Positions 30,886 through 45,022 of a DNA stretch of 64,000 nt are shown piece after piece. The stretch lies in NCBI RefSeq assembly GCF_009914755.1, contig NC_060929.1, one strand, 5' to 3'. Under the pieces are notes generated by a model. It saw only the letters and a list, made by a program, of their open reading frames with translations, did no database searches and had not been told where the DNA came from. The position numbers and the translations under genes were made by a program. Origin of the DNA: the human T2T-CHM13v2.0 reference genome, Homo sapiens. Position 1 is the first letter of the stretch. Each line of letters opens with the position of its first letter.

Positions 30886-32706
30886 CAGGCACACCTTAGA
30901 GACATTTTGTGTTTGGTTTCAGACCACTGAGATAAAGCAAATACCACAATAAAACAAGTCACAAATATTTTGTAGTTTTCCAGTGCATATAAAAGTTATG
31001 TTTACACTATAGTGTTGACTATTGTGTGCAGTAGCATTATGTCTAAAAAGTATATATACCTTAATTAAAAAATGCTTTGTTGCTAAAAAATGTTAATAAT
31101 TATCAGAGCCTTTAGCCAGTCATAATCTTTTTGCTGGTGGAAGATCTTGTCACAATGTTGATGAATGCTGATGGATCAGAATAAAGGTTGCTGAAGTAGG
31201 GGTGGCTGAGGCAATTTCTTAAAATAAAACAATGAAGTTTGCCACATCAGTTGATTATTTCACGAAAGATTTCTCTGTAACATGCAATGCTGTTTGATAG
31301 CATTTTACTATCAAAATTGCTATAAACAGATGTGCTGTCACCCAGTCTTCATTGTTTCATTTATAGAGCACAGGCAGAATAAATTTAGCACAATTCTTAA
31401 GGGTCCTAGGATTTTTGGAATGTTAAATGAGTATTTAACTTAAAGTTACCAGCTGTCTTAACCTCTAACAAGAGGGTCAGCCTCTCCTTTGAAGCTTTGA
31501 TGCCAGACGTTGACTTCTCCTCTTTACCTATGAAAGTCTTAGATGGCATTGTCTCCAATAGAAGGCTATTTTGTCTATACTGAAAATCTGTTTAGTGTTG
31601 CCACCTTTATCAATTATCTTAGCTAGATCTTCAGGATAATTTGCTGTAGCTTCTACATCAGTACTTACTGCTTCAGCTTGTACTTTTATGGTTATGGAAA
31701 CATATTCTTTCCTTAAACTTCATGAACCAACCTCTGCTATTAATATTCAGAGATATTAATATTAACCTCTGCTGTGAATTATTTGAATATAATATTCAAA
31801 CTATTCTTCTGTAGCTTCCTTATCTTCCTCAGCCTTCATAGAATTAGACTTGAAGAACTGAGGAACAGAATTGTTAGAGCCTTGCTGTAGATTAGTCTCT
31901 GGCTTAAGGGAATGTTGTGGATGTTTTGATATATCTAGACCACTAAAACTTTATCCATGTCAACAATCAGGTGGTTTCACTTTCTTATCATTCATGTGTT
32001 CACTAGAGTAGCATTTTTACTTTTCTTCAAGAATTTTTCCTTTGCATCCACAACTTGGCTAACTGTTTGGTGTCAAGAGGCCTAGCTTTCAGCCTATCGC
32101 AGCTTTTGGCATGCCTTCCTGACTAAGCTTGATCATTTCTAGCTTTTGATCTAAAGTGAAATATGTGTGACTCTTCCTTTCAGCTGAACACTAGAGGTTA
32201 TTGTAGAGTTATATTAACTGGACTAATTTCAGTATTATTCTTTCTCAGGAAATAGAGGGGCCCCGGGAGATGGAGGGAGATGGGGGAATAACTGGTTGGT
32301 GGAACAGTCATAACACATACATTAATTAAGTACATTGTTTTATATTGTCACACTTTGTGGCACCTAAAGACAATTACAAAAGTAACATCAAAGATTACAG
32401 GCCAGGCATGGTGGCTCATACTTGTCATCCCAGCAATTTGGGAAGCCGAGGCAGGTGGATCACTTGAACTCAGGAGTTCCGGACTGGCCTGGCAACATGG
32501 TGAAACTCTGTCTCTACAAAAAATACGAAAATTAGCCAGGTGTGGTGGCATATTGTGAGAATTACCATAATTGAAACAGAGACAGGAAGTGAGAAGATGC
32601 TGCTGAAAAGTGGCTTTGGTAGACTTGCTTGTCGCGGGGTCACCACACATCTTCAATTTGTAAACAATGCAATATCTGCAATACATAATAAAATGAAGTA
32701 TGACCG
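30886..32706 (-). mobile_element. Tigger1 DNA transposon (TcMar/pogo), internally deleted and non-autonomous
   Basis: TA-flanked termini caggcacacctt... and ...gaagtatgaccg; Tigger1 subterminal sequence and transposase-derived interior (agaagctacagcaaattatcctgaagatctagct on the minus strand). Confidence 0.9.
32400..32550 (+). mobile_element. Alu left arm and linker (J-like), 3' part missing, inside Tigger1
   Basis: Breaks off at ggtgtggtggca and joins Tigger1 tattgtgagaattacc. Confidence 0.85.
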
Positions 32707-33631
32707 TATGTATAGCTTGGAATGTAAAACAAAAGAGGACTAAGAAGAAATTTCTCTTGCCCAGATGTGTTGCTCCAATAAGTTATATTATTAAGTAGCT
32801 ATAAATCTAAGATGTAGTAATCAATGAGTATATTGTTACTATGTGGACAAGACATAAGTGCCAAAGCATCTAGCTGCAGCTTAACAGATCCTTAACCAAG
32901 CCCACATACAAACTGTATTTTTAGCAATTATGTTAGAAACTATTTAACCATCTGCTTTCTTTCTTTCCATACTGCTGATTTTATTGTGGGAAGCATTGGT
33001 CAGTGTTTACAGATACCACAAACCATTCTAAATAATTTAAACATGAAAAGATTCAATATAAGATTTTTGGAAGGATTAGGTAAATAGGTTAGAGATGGAG
33101 ATTCCAGGAACACCACCATAGACCTCAATTAGCAAAAGGGTTGCTTCTTCTGCCATGGAAAGAAGGTCAGGAATTCGAGAAGACACCACCACCTCTGCTG
33201 GCTGTACCACATGCACGTGCTGTGATCTCAGAATCATGAGGCTGCCACGAGGAAGTCATGATTTCCTATGTCTTAAATCTCAGCAGTCACAAAGCTAAGG
33301 ACTCCACACAAGAAATCCTCTATAGTTTCTGCAGGAAAAGCAAAAGAGAAAGAGAGAGATAAATGTTTTTAAGACTGTGCTGTGCTGTATAGGAGAAAAG
33401 CTAATAGCAGCAAAAATGTGGCCACCATCTTATCTTCCACTTCAACTTTTCAAAGTTCACACATCGCTTCTGAAGGTGAAACCTAAATGGGATTGTAGCC
33501 TGGCTGCAATCAATGTTCCTTACCTCTCTGAGTACTGAAAGGTAAACTAGAAGAAAGTTGGAGCAGATGAGTAACTCAATCCAGAATATATACTTACCTC
33601 CCCTCCTATGCCCTTAAAGATTAGTTATGTT

Positions 33632-33957
<326 letters not shown>

Positions 33958-35384
33958 CTAGGAAGAGTGAACAGTTAATTTATAAGGTCAAAACAAATGC
34001 ATAGATGCTGTGACTCTACTCTAATGAGCACGCCTCTCTCTTCATTCCAATTTAGGACTGAAGAAAATTCCTGATTCTTTCCTGCTGCTTTCTGAACTAT
34101 TCTGAACTGTTTTCAGGAATTGCCCTTCTACCCTTCCATTAATCCAAAACTAACTTTGCTTCCAATCTCATTTTAAGACCTCTTATAAAAGCTTTCTTGA
34201 TAATCCCCTCAAAATAGCAATAGTTTTATTATTTGAATTCCTAATTCCCCAGCAGACTATGGTAAACTGTTCTATGCTTAATCAAAAGAACTTGACTTAG
34301 TCTGTTCTAAAATCATTTCAAATATGTTAAGCCTGTCCTCTCTATTTAGATAATAAAATTTTAAAAGACTATATCATATATTGATTCCTCCTTTCAGATC
34401 CCAGAAAAACAGTTGCTTACTTAAATTAATAAGCAGATTTCATTTATTTGGATAAGGTAGCACCTTTTGGAAGTATCTCTAATTCTTTTATCTCAACATA
34501 CAGGCTAACTAAATGGCATACAAGAGGCATTTTTCTGCCAGAGCAGTGCAGAATACCTCCACCCAGCTTCATAATTTTGCTTAACCACTTAGCAACATTC
34601 AACTACCTAACAGAATAAGAAAATCAGTTATTTAACTCAATTTCCTTTATCTCCTGCAAAGCTGAAGCAAAAAATAAATAAAATGTGTGTCTGCTCTCTT
34701 ATTCATTTTTTTCTCTAATAGACATCTCCCTTGCCTTTTCTATTTGATCTAAGATAAAAGTTGTGTTTATTATAACCATAATATATAACAATTATAAATA
34801 TTTTGCAAAAACAGAAAGGTACAGATGATATGAAAATCATTAACAATCCATAGAAAGTATTTTAAGCATGGAAATATATAATCTTTTAGTATTTTATTAC
34901 ACAATCAGTGGTAAATATAAACTCATGTATAATTATTTTAAATACTTATTTTTCTTAAAGACAAAATATTACATGCTTATTTCTAAATCTTGGAGATTTT
35001 TTAAGTTTCAAAATTTACTTTTGAATAATGTGTAACAATATTTGCATGCTAGCATTTATTTACTTTATTTAAAGGCATTAGAGACTGTTTTTATTGTCAT
35101 ATATTCTGATTAGACTAATTTGATTTTATAGACCGTACATTCAAAGCAAATGTTACTGAGCTCTTAACAGATGTATGCACTCCATGGAAAGTAAATTGCT
35201 ACTTTCAAAGCAAATATTTTAGGCTCACAACTACATCTATACCTCCTAAAAAAATCTTTTGTTTCTATTTTAATTTGAGCCTCCTTCAAAAAGGTTTTTA
35301 TTAGATCAATCTAAGTATATTACTTGATGCTGATGCTTCTAAAATTAGGTTGAAACACCTGTCTCCTTTCTTCTCCTTTTCCTT

Positions 35385-35676
<292 letters not shown>

Positions 35677-36899
35677 TCAGGACATTTTTCTAAAGCACTT
35701 TCCACAAAACAAAGACAGAGCCTTTACAGCTAAATGCAAAACTGACATTTGGAAGTGGGAAAAGAGTGAATATTATAAATCTGTGCCTTGATGAACAGAC
35801 CAGGTGAAATAAAATGATAAAAGGAAGACGAGAGTCAGACCCTGTTGTTGCCATCCAGGGAGTATACCGCATGTATCATGGCATGTACCAGTCATCTGAA
35901 AATCACTGTTAGGTATCTGGGGATGAGTTGCTGTTGGTGGCAGAAGTAATATCAGCAAAATACTTTCTTTCCTTTTTTTTCATTCTATCCACCCAATATA
36001 GCTGCATCATATTTTCTTTATTTTACTTACCTTATTTTCTAAATAAAATTACCTTTTAAAACCATGGCTTTTGTGGTTTTATTGGAGAAAGAAACTGCTT
36101 TTTCCATTTCTCCATTATGGAAGTTAGCAACTCTCTAGCCAGTATTTACAGAAAAAGGGCTTTGATTCTATTGATCAGAAGACTGTGTAAAGAATTTCTA
36201 TTTTCTGTGAACCTGGGAAGAACAAGAGAAGACAAGATGAAATCACCAAAGAGAAAACAAATAGTCTCCAAAAGATTAGTCTGGACAGAAACAACCTAAA
36301 GCAGAAAGCAGCAAATATTCTACCATCTCTTCATAACCATTAATGTATATAGTGTGTACATGCCAGGAGCAGTTGGGAGATGAATTCTCTTGTTTTCTCC
36401 CCCAGTATGTACTGCAAAGACAAGGGAAAGATAAACAAGTATTATAGGTAGAAACAAACACATTTTAAATGTCTTTGGAATTACCTTATCAGTGTTATTG
36501 TTTTATTTTGATTGAAATTTCAGTTTCATTTATATATTAGAAATACATTTTATATTCCTGATTTTGAAAATAATGACACATTGCTTGAGGCAATTTTTAG
36601 AATTACTAATTATTCCTGTCAAGTTGGAAAATTCAGAGTTAATATATACTATATGACTTTACAGCAACTTATTAGCTAGGTAATATAATTATCAATTTTT
36701 GAATGCAAAACTTATTATATGAAGAAGTTCAGTATCTTACCAAAAGTCACACAGCTACTAAGGGACAGAACCAATATTTATAACAACTCATTGTTAAAAA
36801 TCTATATTAGGTCGAGAATACACACAATTGCATGTCAAGAGTACATGCATGTATTCTATGGAGAAGCATGTCTTCAATGTTCCAAAGAAGGTCCATGGC

Positions 36900-37205
36900 G
36901 GCTGGGCGTGGTGGCTCATTCCTGTAATCCCGGCACTTTGAGAGGCCGAGGCGAGTGGATTACGAGGTCAAGAGTTGGAGACCAGCCTCGCCAACATGGT
37001 GAAACCCATCTCTACTAAAAATACAAAACATAGCTGGGCTTGGTGGTAGGTGCCTGTAATCCCAGCTACTTGGGAGGCTGAGGCAGGAGAATCGTTTATC
37101 GTTTGAACTTGGGAGGTGGAGGTTGCAGTGAGCCGAGATCATGCCCTTGCACTCCAGCCTGGGTGACAGGGCAAGACTCCGTCTCAGAAAAAAAAAAAAA
37201 AAAAA
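36900..37205 (+). mobile_element. AluS
   Basis: Dimeric Alu with A-tail; degenerate TSD agaag..gtccatggc. Confidence 0.93.
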
Positions 37206-37709
37206 GAAGACAGTCCATGGCTACAATTCCACAGAATATGTACTGACAATTGAAAAAAAAAAAATGTAGGATATGCAAGTAAACAAGGCATTATGATCAA
37301 AGGTCAAAAGACAAAAGAAGGGCAAAATTAGAACCAAATACTGTTTAATGAGAAACAAAACAGCACGCATTTTTTAGTATGTTTAAGGTTATTAAAATAG
37401 TATCAAGATGAATGTATGAGAAGGACAGAGTATTAAAATTGAAAAAGGATATATGCAAAAAATGAACACAAGTTGTTGAAATTTAACATCATAAAATGGA
37501 TTAGGTAAATTAGCTAACACATTTATCACAACTAAAGGACATATTAGTGAACTGTAAGATAGGTCTGAAGAAATGTCTGACAATTATTATAAAAATGAAA
37601 ATATGGTAACTCATTTTACTAAGTATTAACATATTATCTAAGTTCTAGGATAGAATAGGATTAATGATTAATTAAGTGAGGTAACATTTTTTAAAAATGA
37701 TAGCTGACA

Positions 37710-38035
37710 GCTAGTACAATAAGACAAGCAATGGATATAAAAGATACACAAATTGAGAAGGAAGAAACAAAACTGTTTTTGTGTACAAATGCCATGATCG
37801 TCTATATAGAAAATCTAAAAATATCAAACAAAAAATACCTTTTAGAACTAATAAACAATAATAGGAAGGTTGCAGGATACAGCGTTCTTATACAAAAGTC
37901 ATTTACTTTCCTAAATAAAGTACTAGCAATAAACAAATGAAATTTAAAATTAAAAATGCAATATCATTTGTATTAGCAGCCCTAAAATGAAACAGGTATA
38001 AATCTAACAAATATTTACAAGATCTATATGAGAAA
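37710..38035 (+). mobile_element. Old L1M ORF2 (RT) fragment
   Basis: ORF 37731-37940 IKDTQIEKEETKLFL...MIVYIENLK...LLELINN...KVAGY parallels L1 ORF2 [26 protein letters not shown]. Confidence 0.8.
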
Positions 38036-39619
38036 CTGGATACTATATGAAATATCAGTATCCAGAAGGAGGGATATGATAAGAAAAGGGAAAAATGTTC
38101 TGAAATGCAAGAAAAAAATAGTAGGCAAACAAAATAAAAAATATGAGATCAATACAAACAAACATGGAGGGTATATATATTGGCAGTAGACAGATATAGT
38201 AAAACTACAACGTGACTAAAGTATAGGTCTAGAGCTACTGGTACAAGAGACAAGAGCAGAGAAAGGCAGAAATGGCTCAATTTCTCCATTAGTGAGACAA
38301 AGGTATTTATGATTTTCTATCCCAGTGGTTTTCCTGGTGATGAAGGAAACCATGCATGTGGTTCCACTTAAAACCCAGAGGATACAATAAATGTTCAAAT
38401 TATTTATGCTATGTTGGTCAGCTTCTAGGTGAAAAAAATACATTGAGCCTTTAAACAATTGCAACCTCCATGAGTCATTTTTAAACAAATTCTGTATTCA
38501 GGGAAGACACACTTATTCTTGGTACTAGGGTTCAAAATGGAAAAATAAAATTAAAATCCTCAACAATTTAACCTTAACTGGTATAAAAGAGTGACTTATC
38601 ACATAGGCTGAAGGATAAAGGAAAGGGGAGTAAAATCATCAGCAGAAAGAATCAACAGAAATGAACATCTTTCATCAGAAAATGAAAATTATAAAAAATA
38701 AGATGTTAAATCTATCATTTGCTCCCCTTCTGATTATAAAACACATTTTACACTAAAATCTCATCACTATTCTCTCATGGAAATGAAAATAAAATTTATA
38801 TAGTTGTAAATAGCATCTTGGATAGCCTGATATTCTTTACAAAATAGGTATACTGAGGCATCTGCTGTTGTTACTCACATAGCATTTTAAGGATAGCTCA
38901 TAAATTAGCAGGGATATTTCAAAATAGGAAACTGGAGCACTGAACAAAAGCATCAGAAAACATTAAGCTGTATCAGGCTCACGGGAAGTATTTATGGTGA
39001 AGAAGTGGCTATGTGTGTGTGCATCTGACTAAAATTGGAGATGAAGCCGAGCATCTCACTTTTCTATTTTATGTTATAAACTGTACTATGTGGTTGAGAA
39101 TTTAAGAAGCTTAAGATGAATGTGTTGAGGAAGAAGAAGGATATGATGTTTTAATATCTAACATGCTACAGAAACCTGAAATGTGTTAAAATTACACATT
39201 ACTCTTACCATCTGCTATGTTCATATAACATCAAGTGACTATCAATTTTTTCATACTTGAAATTGTTTTACCCTCCAGTGAGTTCTTGAAAGCAAGAAAG
39301 AAAAGTGTTTATTGTTTCTTTGAAACTTACTGAAATTGTAACTCCATGAATTGTTTTAAAATAAATTTACATACAAAGATATTTATTGTATCACTGCTTA
39401 TAATAACAAAAAAAAACCCATCTCCAAACGAAAACAAAACATAAAATTACTTACGTGTTCATGAAAAGGATGTAATATGTCTATACAATAAAATACCTCA
39501 TAGTCTCTGAGAAGAGTAAAATAATTTTATAAAATTTGATTTGAAATTAATAAGTTGATAAGTGAAAAAAGTTGCAAAATAATAGGTATTATACATATGT
39601 ACCCAACACTGAGTTTATG

Positions 39620-40065
39620 TTTTAGCAAATTTTGTTACTTGCTTCCCCAATGCCCATTCATCTTCCCTTTTGCAATAATATCCTAAAAATTATTTGAAGA
39701 AGACAGGGAATGAGTACTCCTTTCCTATGGTGATTTGTTAACAAATGGACATATGATCAAATTCAGACAATATGTCCCTAAGAAGACTCAATTGCAGGAT
39801 TATATATTGTTGGAAGTATTAAATAAGTAAACATTCTCTTTTTGACTCGATATAGAATATATCTAGAGTAGATACGGTATTGCATATGGGTACTAATAGT
39901 AGCATTGCCGTGGGAACTGATAATAGTCATTTCACTCTCACGAAGTGAAAGCCTACAAAGAAGGGGGCCAACCAGAGTGGAGCTAATAAATACACAGAGA
40001 AAAACAGAGTCTGGACACCCATGTGAGCTACTGGACCAAACCTCAGCTCAAGTTAGTCTCTGTTC
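39620..40065 (+). mobile_element. Old MLT1 (J/K-like) LTR
   Basis: ggacatatgatcaaattcag, gaaagcct...ggccaac...agagtctg, tgagctactggaccaaacc. Confidence 0.45.
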
Positions 40066-40069
40066 CCCA

Positions 40070-40880
40070 CTTGGTTTCTGTTGACATCCTGGTGAGGAAG
40101 AATGGCACCTCATTACAGCTGGGCAAGGATGGATGGGAGTTCAGGCTCCCACTAGTCCTCCACTCTTGCCACCCTGGCTGGGTGGGCTGCCTCACATTGC
40201 TCCCCTCATGCCTCTGAATACATCAAGGAGGTAGGAAGTCAGGTATCCTGGAAGGTCATGAAAGTCCAGGTTTCCCACATGGCCTTTTCTCACCCCAATC
40301 CAATGGGGAAGAGGATGAACAGATTTTTACTGCTGAGTGGGAGTGGAAGTCTAGGCTTCCCATGTGCTCTCCACCAGGGGGATGAAAGTCGTCAGTCCCC
40401 ACTTGGTCATCTCTGACACCACCCAGGCAGGAAGGGGAGGGATGTTTCTTCATATCCTGGTAAGAATGAAAGTCTAGGCTCCCATTCACCTTCACTGAGA
40501 GTTTGAGGAGTGAGACCACACTTTGTTTTCCTGTGCTAAGGTTGAAGTATGGCAATTATTGTCTACGTATTTTCTCTATTGCTAGGCTGCTCTTTTCTGA
40601 TCTTTGAATGGAGAGAATGGGATTTTCCTGGGGCTTTTTTACTCTCATTCATTGACATTTGGAGGTTAGTGACTTTTCCTGCACTGACTCTGTGATAAAT
40701 GAAGCAGAAGAAAACCAAGAAAATCTACTACCTGTTCCTTGTATCTAATGTTCTTGGCTGCTCTATCTTCTTCTTTTCACCTAACATAGATTTCTTCTGT
40801 TGCTTTGTATATAATGTCCATGAGTTTTAGCTATAATTAGCAAGAGGACAAGTGAAAAGTGCATTTACACCCTGATGTGG
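40070..40880 (-). mobile_element. Probable ancient L1M 5'-end region with degenerate tandem units
   Basis: Recurrent gaagtc(c/t)aggct(t)ccca-like motif (~40137, 40261, 40346, 40468). Confidence 0.5.
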
Positions 40881-41099
40881 AAGACCCTATTAGTATGATT
40901 TTACTTCTAAGTTTATTGGGGTTGTCTTTATTGTCCAGTTTGTCTTAATGATTTTTCCATTTGCCTTTGAGTGGGATGCACATTCTTTGGTTGTTGGCTG
41001 GAGTATTCTATACTGTCAGTGGGGCCAATTTTGTTACAGTTTTGTTTAGACTTTCTGTATCCTTATGAAATTTCTTGTAAGGGTATAATTCAAACAGTC

Positions 41100-42302
41100 T
41101 CTCAATCAAACAATAGAACTAAGAAACTTAAGGATGTTGTTCTGTAGCAAAGGGATAAGGTAGAGAAGTTATTATCCTGAAGACATTTGTGGGTATGGCT
41201 TTTGTCTAATGAAGTGAATCCTATTAATATTCAAAGGTGATGCATCAAATCTTTAAGAAAAATCATAGATGCAGAAACATAGCTTGATGAAAAAGAGACA
41301 GAAACAGTACAAAATGAAAAGAGACTTTTGGAACCCTAAATATTGACAAGCCAGCAACAGGCTAAAGCAACTACTCATCGAAAAAGCCTGGGCTGCATTT
41401 CGTGGCAAAGGAAGGGTGACTTAGATGGCAAAGCAATTGGCTACCGGGAAGGACCAAAAGCTCTGAGGGTGGAGTTGAATGTTCTGAAGAATCATTTCCA
41501 GGAAGTAACAGGACTGAGTCCTAATCAAGGAACTTCCTACATTTGCCTGGATGAATTTCAAAATTGCTATGGATCTGTGACTCTGTGCTTCACATATTCT
41601 CCCTTTTGAAACTGCAGTCTGTAGTGGTTAGCATCATTTTTTGTTGGGTGTATAGGAGCAGATACCGTGTGTATTTCACAGACTTGCAGGAGGAACTCTA
41701 TTTAGGGAGCAACACATAAGAAGCTTCATGTGGCAGATGCACCCTCATCTGGACTTGATTTAGATAGGATGATACTGCAGGTTTTTCTGACATGGTAATG
41801 GGATAAGATTTGGTGAGGGACTGGGGGACATGGCAGGATGTGAGGGTATTTTGCATGTGGGAGAAACTTAGATCTTTTGGAGCCAGAGGGTAGACTCTGG
41901 TAACCAGCCTTTCAGACCTGCTTTCCAGGCAGCCCCTCTCCACCACTGCGGTCTCTCTCCCTCTTCTCTCTCTTTCACTCTTTCTTCCTCTCTCTGTTGT
42001 TGGTTCTTATTCTCTGGTAAAACTACGTCATAAGCAGCACATGGAGAGCCCTTCATGGTGAGGAAATAAAGTCTCCTGCCAATGGCCACATGAGTGAGCT
42101 GGGAAGTGGCACTTCCAGATAAGACAGTAGCCTCAATCAGCAGCTTAACTCCAAGCACAGAATCGATGCTGAGTCACAAGTACTCAGTTAAGCTGGTCTC
42201 AGATTCCTGAGTCTAAGAACCTCTGTGAAATAATATTATTTTGTTTGTTTTCATCTGCTCATTTCTGGGTAATTTGTTGTACAACAATAAATAAATAATA
42301 CA
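41100..42302 (+). mobile_element. MLT1 internal 3' region (to ~41895) plus 3' LTR (MLT1E/F-like)
   Basis: MaLR-int motifs (atttcaaaattgctatgga, catctggacttgatttagat, gtattttgcatgtgggaga, gccagagggtagac), then an LTR ending gggtaatttgttgtacaacaataaataaataataca. Confidence 0.75.
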
Positions 42303-43971
42303 CCAGATATTCTCAATTTCTATAACCAGAATGATGTAAAAAGAAGAGTGCGAGACTTTTGTCCATATACTTATTTCTATGGGACTGTTCTTATGAGTGT
42401 TTTCAAAATAGATATGTGAACCCGCCCCCCAAACTGTCACTACATCTGTAAGTGTGATTGTTTTCTGAGCAAAAGGCAAGCTTTCCCTAATTTGGTGGCA
42501 TGATTCTTTGGGTAAGACATATGGTTCCAGCAGAAGTCTGTGTGGTATTGAAATCTATATGCTAAACAGTTCTGTGCTTCTGCTTTGCCTCTGGTGATAT
42601 TGGTAACTGAAAGAAGTGAAGGGCTAATCTCTAAACTCGCTGTTGCCATGCAACACAGACCATTGGCCTTATCTTTTATTTTCTTACATTTTTGTCCATT
42701 ACCTCTCAATTGCTGTGCTAAGCTAAAAAAAAATCAGAAATCCTTCTACATAGGTGTTTGTCTGCTTTTCTTGACAAGTAATAATTTGAGGTTCATGTAA
42801 GGTGACCCATTTAAGGCAGCCCTTGTTGAATAGCCCAGTGATTTAAATGAGGTCTGTTGGAAATGGATCTTTGGTTCCAAATCGGTATGCCACTGCATTG
42901 TGACTTAGTTTACAGCACTTCTTCCTGTTTTAATTCTCTCTTTCTTTTTCTGAATTCCAATCAGAACAAGAACTAGGGCATATTTCATAGTTTACAATTA
43001 ATTCTGATATCTTTAAAGGGTTTTAGAGTGGGGCTTTTTTTTCCTCTTTGCTTTAAGAGAGAGTAGAGATTGTTACCGTTATGCTTCATGTACTTTTATC
43101 AAAACAGAGAGCCTAACCTAAATTATCTTTCTGGCAGGTATTTCAACAGTCTCTTTTTAATGTTCTACTTGGCAGCATTTGTTTTATGGACATACACTGC
43201 CCTCTATAAAGATGTACTGCTTATGTTTCCTTGGACAGAGAAATGGAAACAATCTCTATAAGGCACATACAACAAGAAAGTATTTCTTTAATGTATTTTA
43301 CTACCTTTTTAGAAAGGAAAATAGATGGCTAGCTATTGACTTTTGTTCTTGTTTGTGCTTTTTGTTTTTGTACTACAGTCTTTTAATAGCAACATTCTAT
43401 CTTCTACTTTGTATCTTTTCTCCACATCTGGCTGTTCACCATTTATATTCAGAATAGATGGAAGAAAAACTTGTAAGTCATTTAACCTTGTTTGCCTAAT
43501 ATCTTTCCTTGATATTGTGTATTAGCTTATGTTATATTAAAAGGCTTTTAATATTATAGACAAGGAAGTACTTGTTTAATTCAGTTTTCAGAAAGCAGAA
43601 GGGGCAGTTGCTCTACATCTTAGAAACACGGAATGGAGTGCTTGAATGTAAGTGTGTAATTACACAGCTATGACATCACTATTATACTTTACTATGGAAA
43701 AGAAAACATGTTACACCATTAGGATGTACCTCCTCCTGCCTCTTCTTTTCGCTCCTAACTCTCTTAGGAAACCTAGTTGCCTTTATTTCCATTGCAAACA
43801 GTGGTCAATATTGAAAGTTGGAAGATGTGGGCCTGGATGTCAAAAAACTTAGCATTCCACTGTGGCACAGGTTCATCCCTCCTTTCCAAGTAGTACTCCT
43901 ACTGATAATCAGGATTAGAGAGAGAGAAGCCTTCTGGATAGGGTAGACTTCAGGGCACAGTTGCTGGAAGT

Positions 43972-44380
43972 TGTATTAGTCCGTCCTTGCATTACTATGA
44001 GGAAATACCTAAGACTGGGTAATTTATAAAAAATGGAAGTTTAATTGACTCATGGTTCTTCAGGCTATACAGGAAGCATGATGACTTCTGGGGAGGCCTC
44101 AGGAAACTTTCAATCACGAAGGAAGGCAAAGGAGAAGCAGGCACGTCTTACATGGCAGCAGCGGGAGGGAGAGAACGAGTGGGATGGTGCTACATACCTT
44201 TTAAACAACCAGAGCACATAAGAACTCACTCATTCTACAGTCCCAGGGGAGATAATACTAAACCATTAATAAGAATTCTGCCCCCATTATCTAATCACCT
44301 CCCACTAGACTCCACCTTCAGCACTGGGGATTACAATTCAACATGAGATATGGATGGGGGCACAGATCCAAACCACATCA
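43972..44380 (-). mobile_element. MSTA/MSTB MaLR solo LTR
   Basis: tgtattagtcc...gactgggtaatttata...gatccaaaccacatca; 5-bp near-TSD gaagt/gcagt. Confidence 0.9.
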
Positions 44381-44562
44381 GCAGTTTTCACTCCACACTT
44401 TTCTCTGCCTGATGCCTTTCCAGATATTTCACTAACAAAACAAAGTACACCGTGACTAAGTACATATTAACAGTCAAATCTATTCTGTAAGGCATCTCCA
44501 TGTTCTGGGAAACATTCTAAGAATACACAAGGTATATGCTATGTGTTAACCAATCATAGGAA

Positions 44563-45022
44563 TGAGGTAGGAGACCGGCAAGACTTATTTCCTGGTCCCG
44601 ACAGGATAAAAGGAAGAAGCCAGGTGGAACTAGGGAATGATGCCAAAGGCAACCTCTAGTTGCCCTAGCTGCTCATCAGCATAACACACTCCCACCAGCG
44701 CCATGACGGTGTACAAATGCTGTGGCAACACCTGGGACTCCCTGCCTCTTTTCTGGATGTTTCTGAATAACCCTCCCCTTAATTTGCATGTAATTAAAAG
44801 TAGGTATAAATACTGCCAGCCAGGAGCCCCTATGCTGCTAACTCTGGGTGCACTGCCTATGGTTTAGCCCTGATCCACAAGGACCAGTCACTGAGCTGTG
44901 CACTGCTGCTTCTACTAACTTGCTTTCTTCCACTGCTGGCTCACTCTTGAATTCTTTCCTGAGCAAAGCCAGGAACCCACCCATGCTAACCCCCGCTTTT
45001 GGGACTCGCCTGCCCTGCATCA
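44563..45022 (+). mobile_element. ERV1 MER4-group solo LTR (MER50-like)
   Basis: tgaggtaggagacc...ccctgcatca with near-TSD ggaa/agaa; cactcccaccagcgccatgac motif, ATTTGCAT (44782-89) and TATAAA (44805-10). Confidence 0.8.

Noticed and set aside
43070-43261. Hydrophobic 63-aa ORF with a possible acceptor at ~43137
   Set aside because: Non-ATG start, no protein family recognised, and T-rich DNA gives hydrophobic frames by chance.
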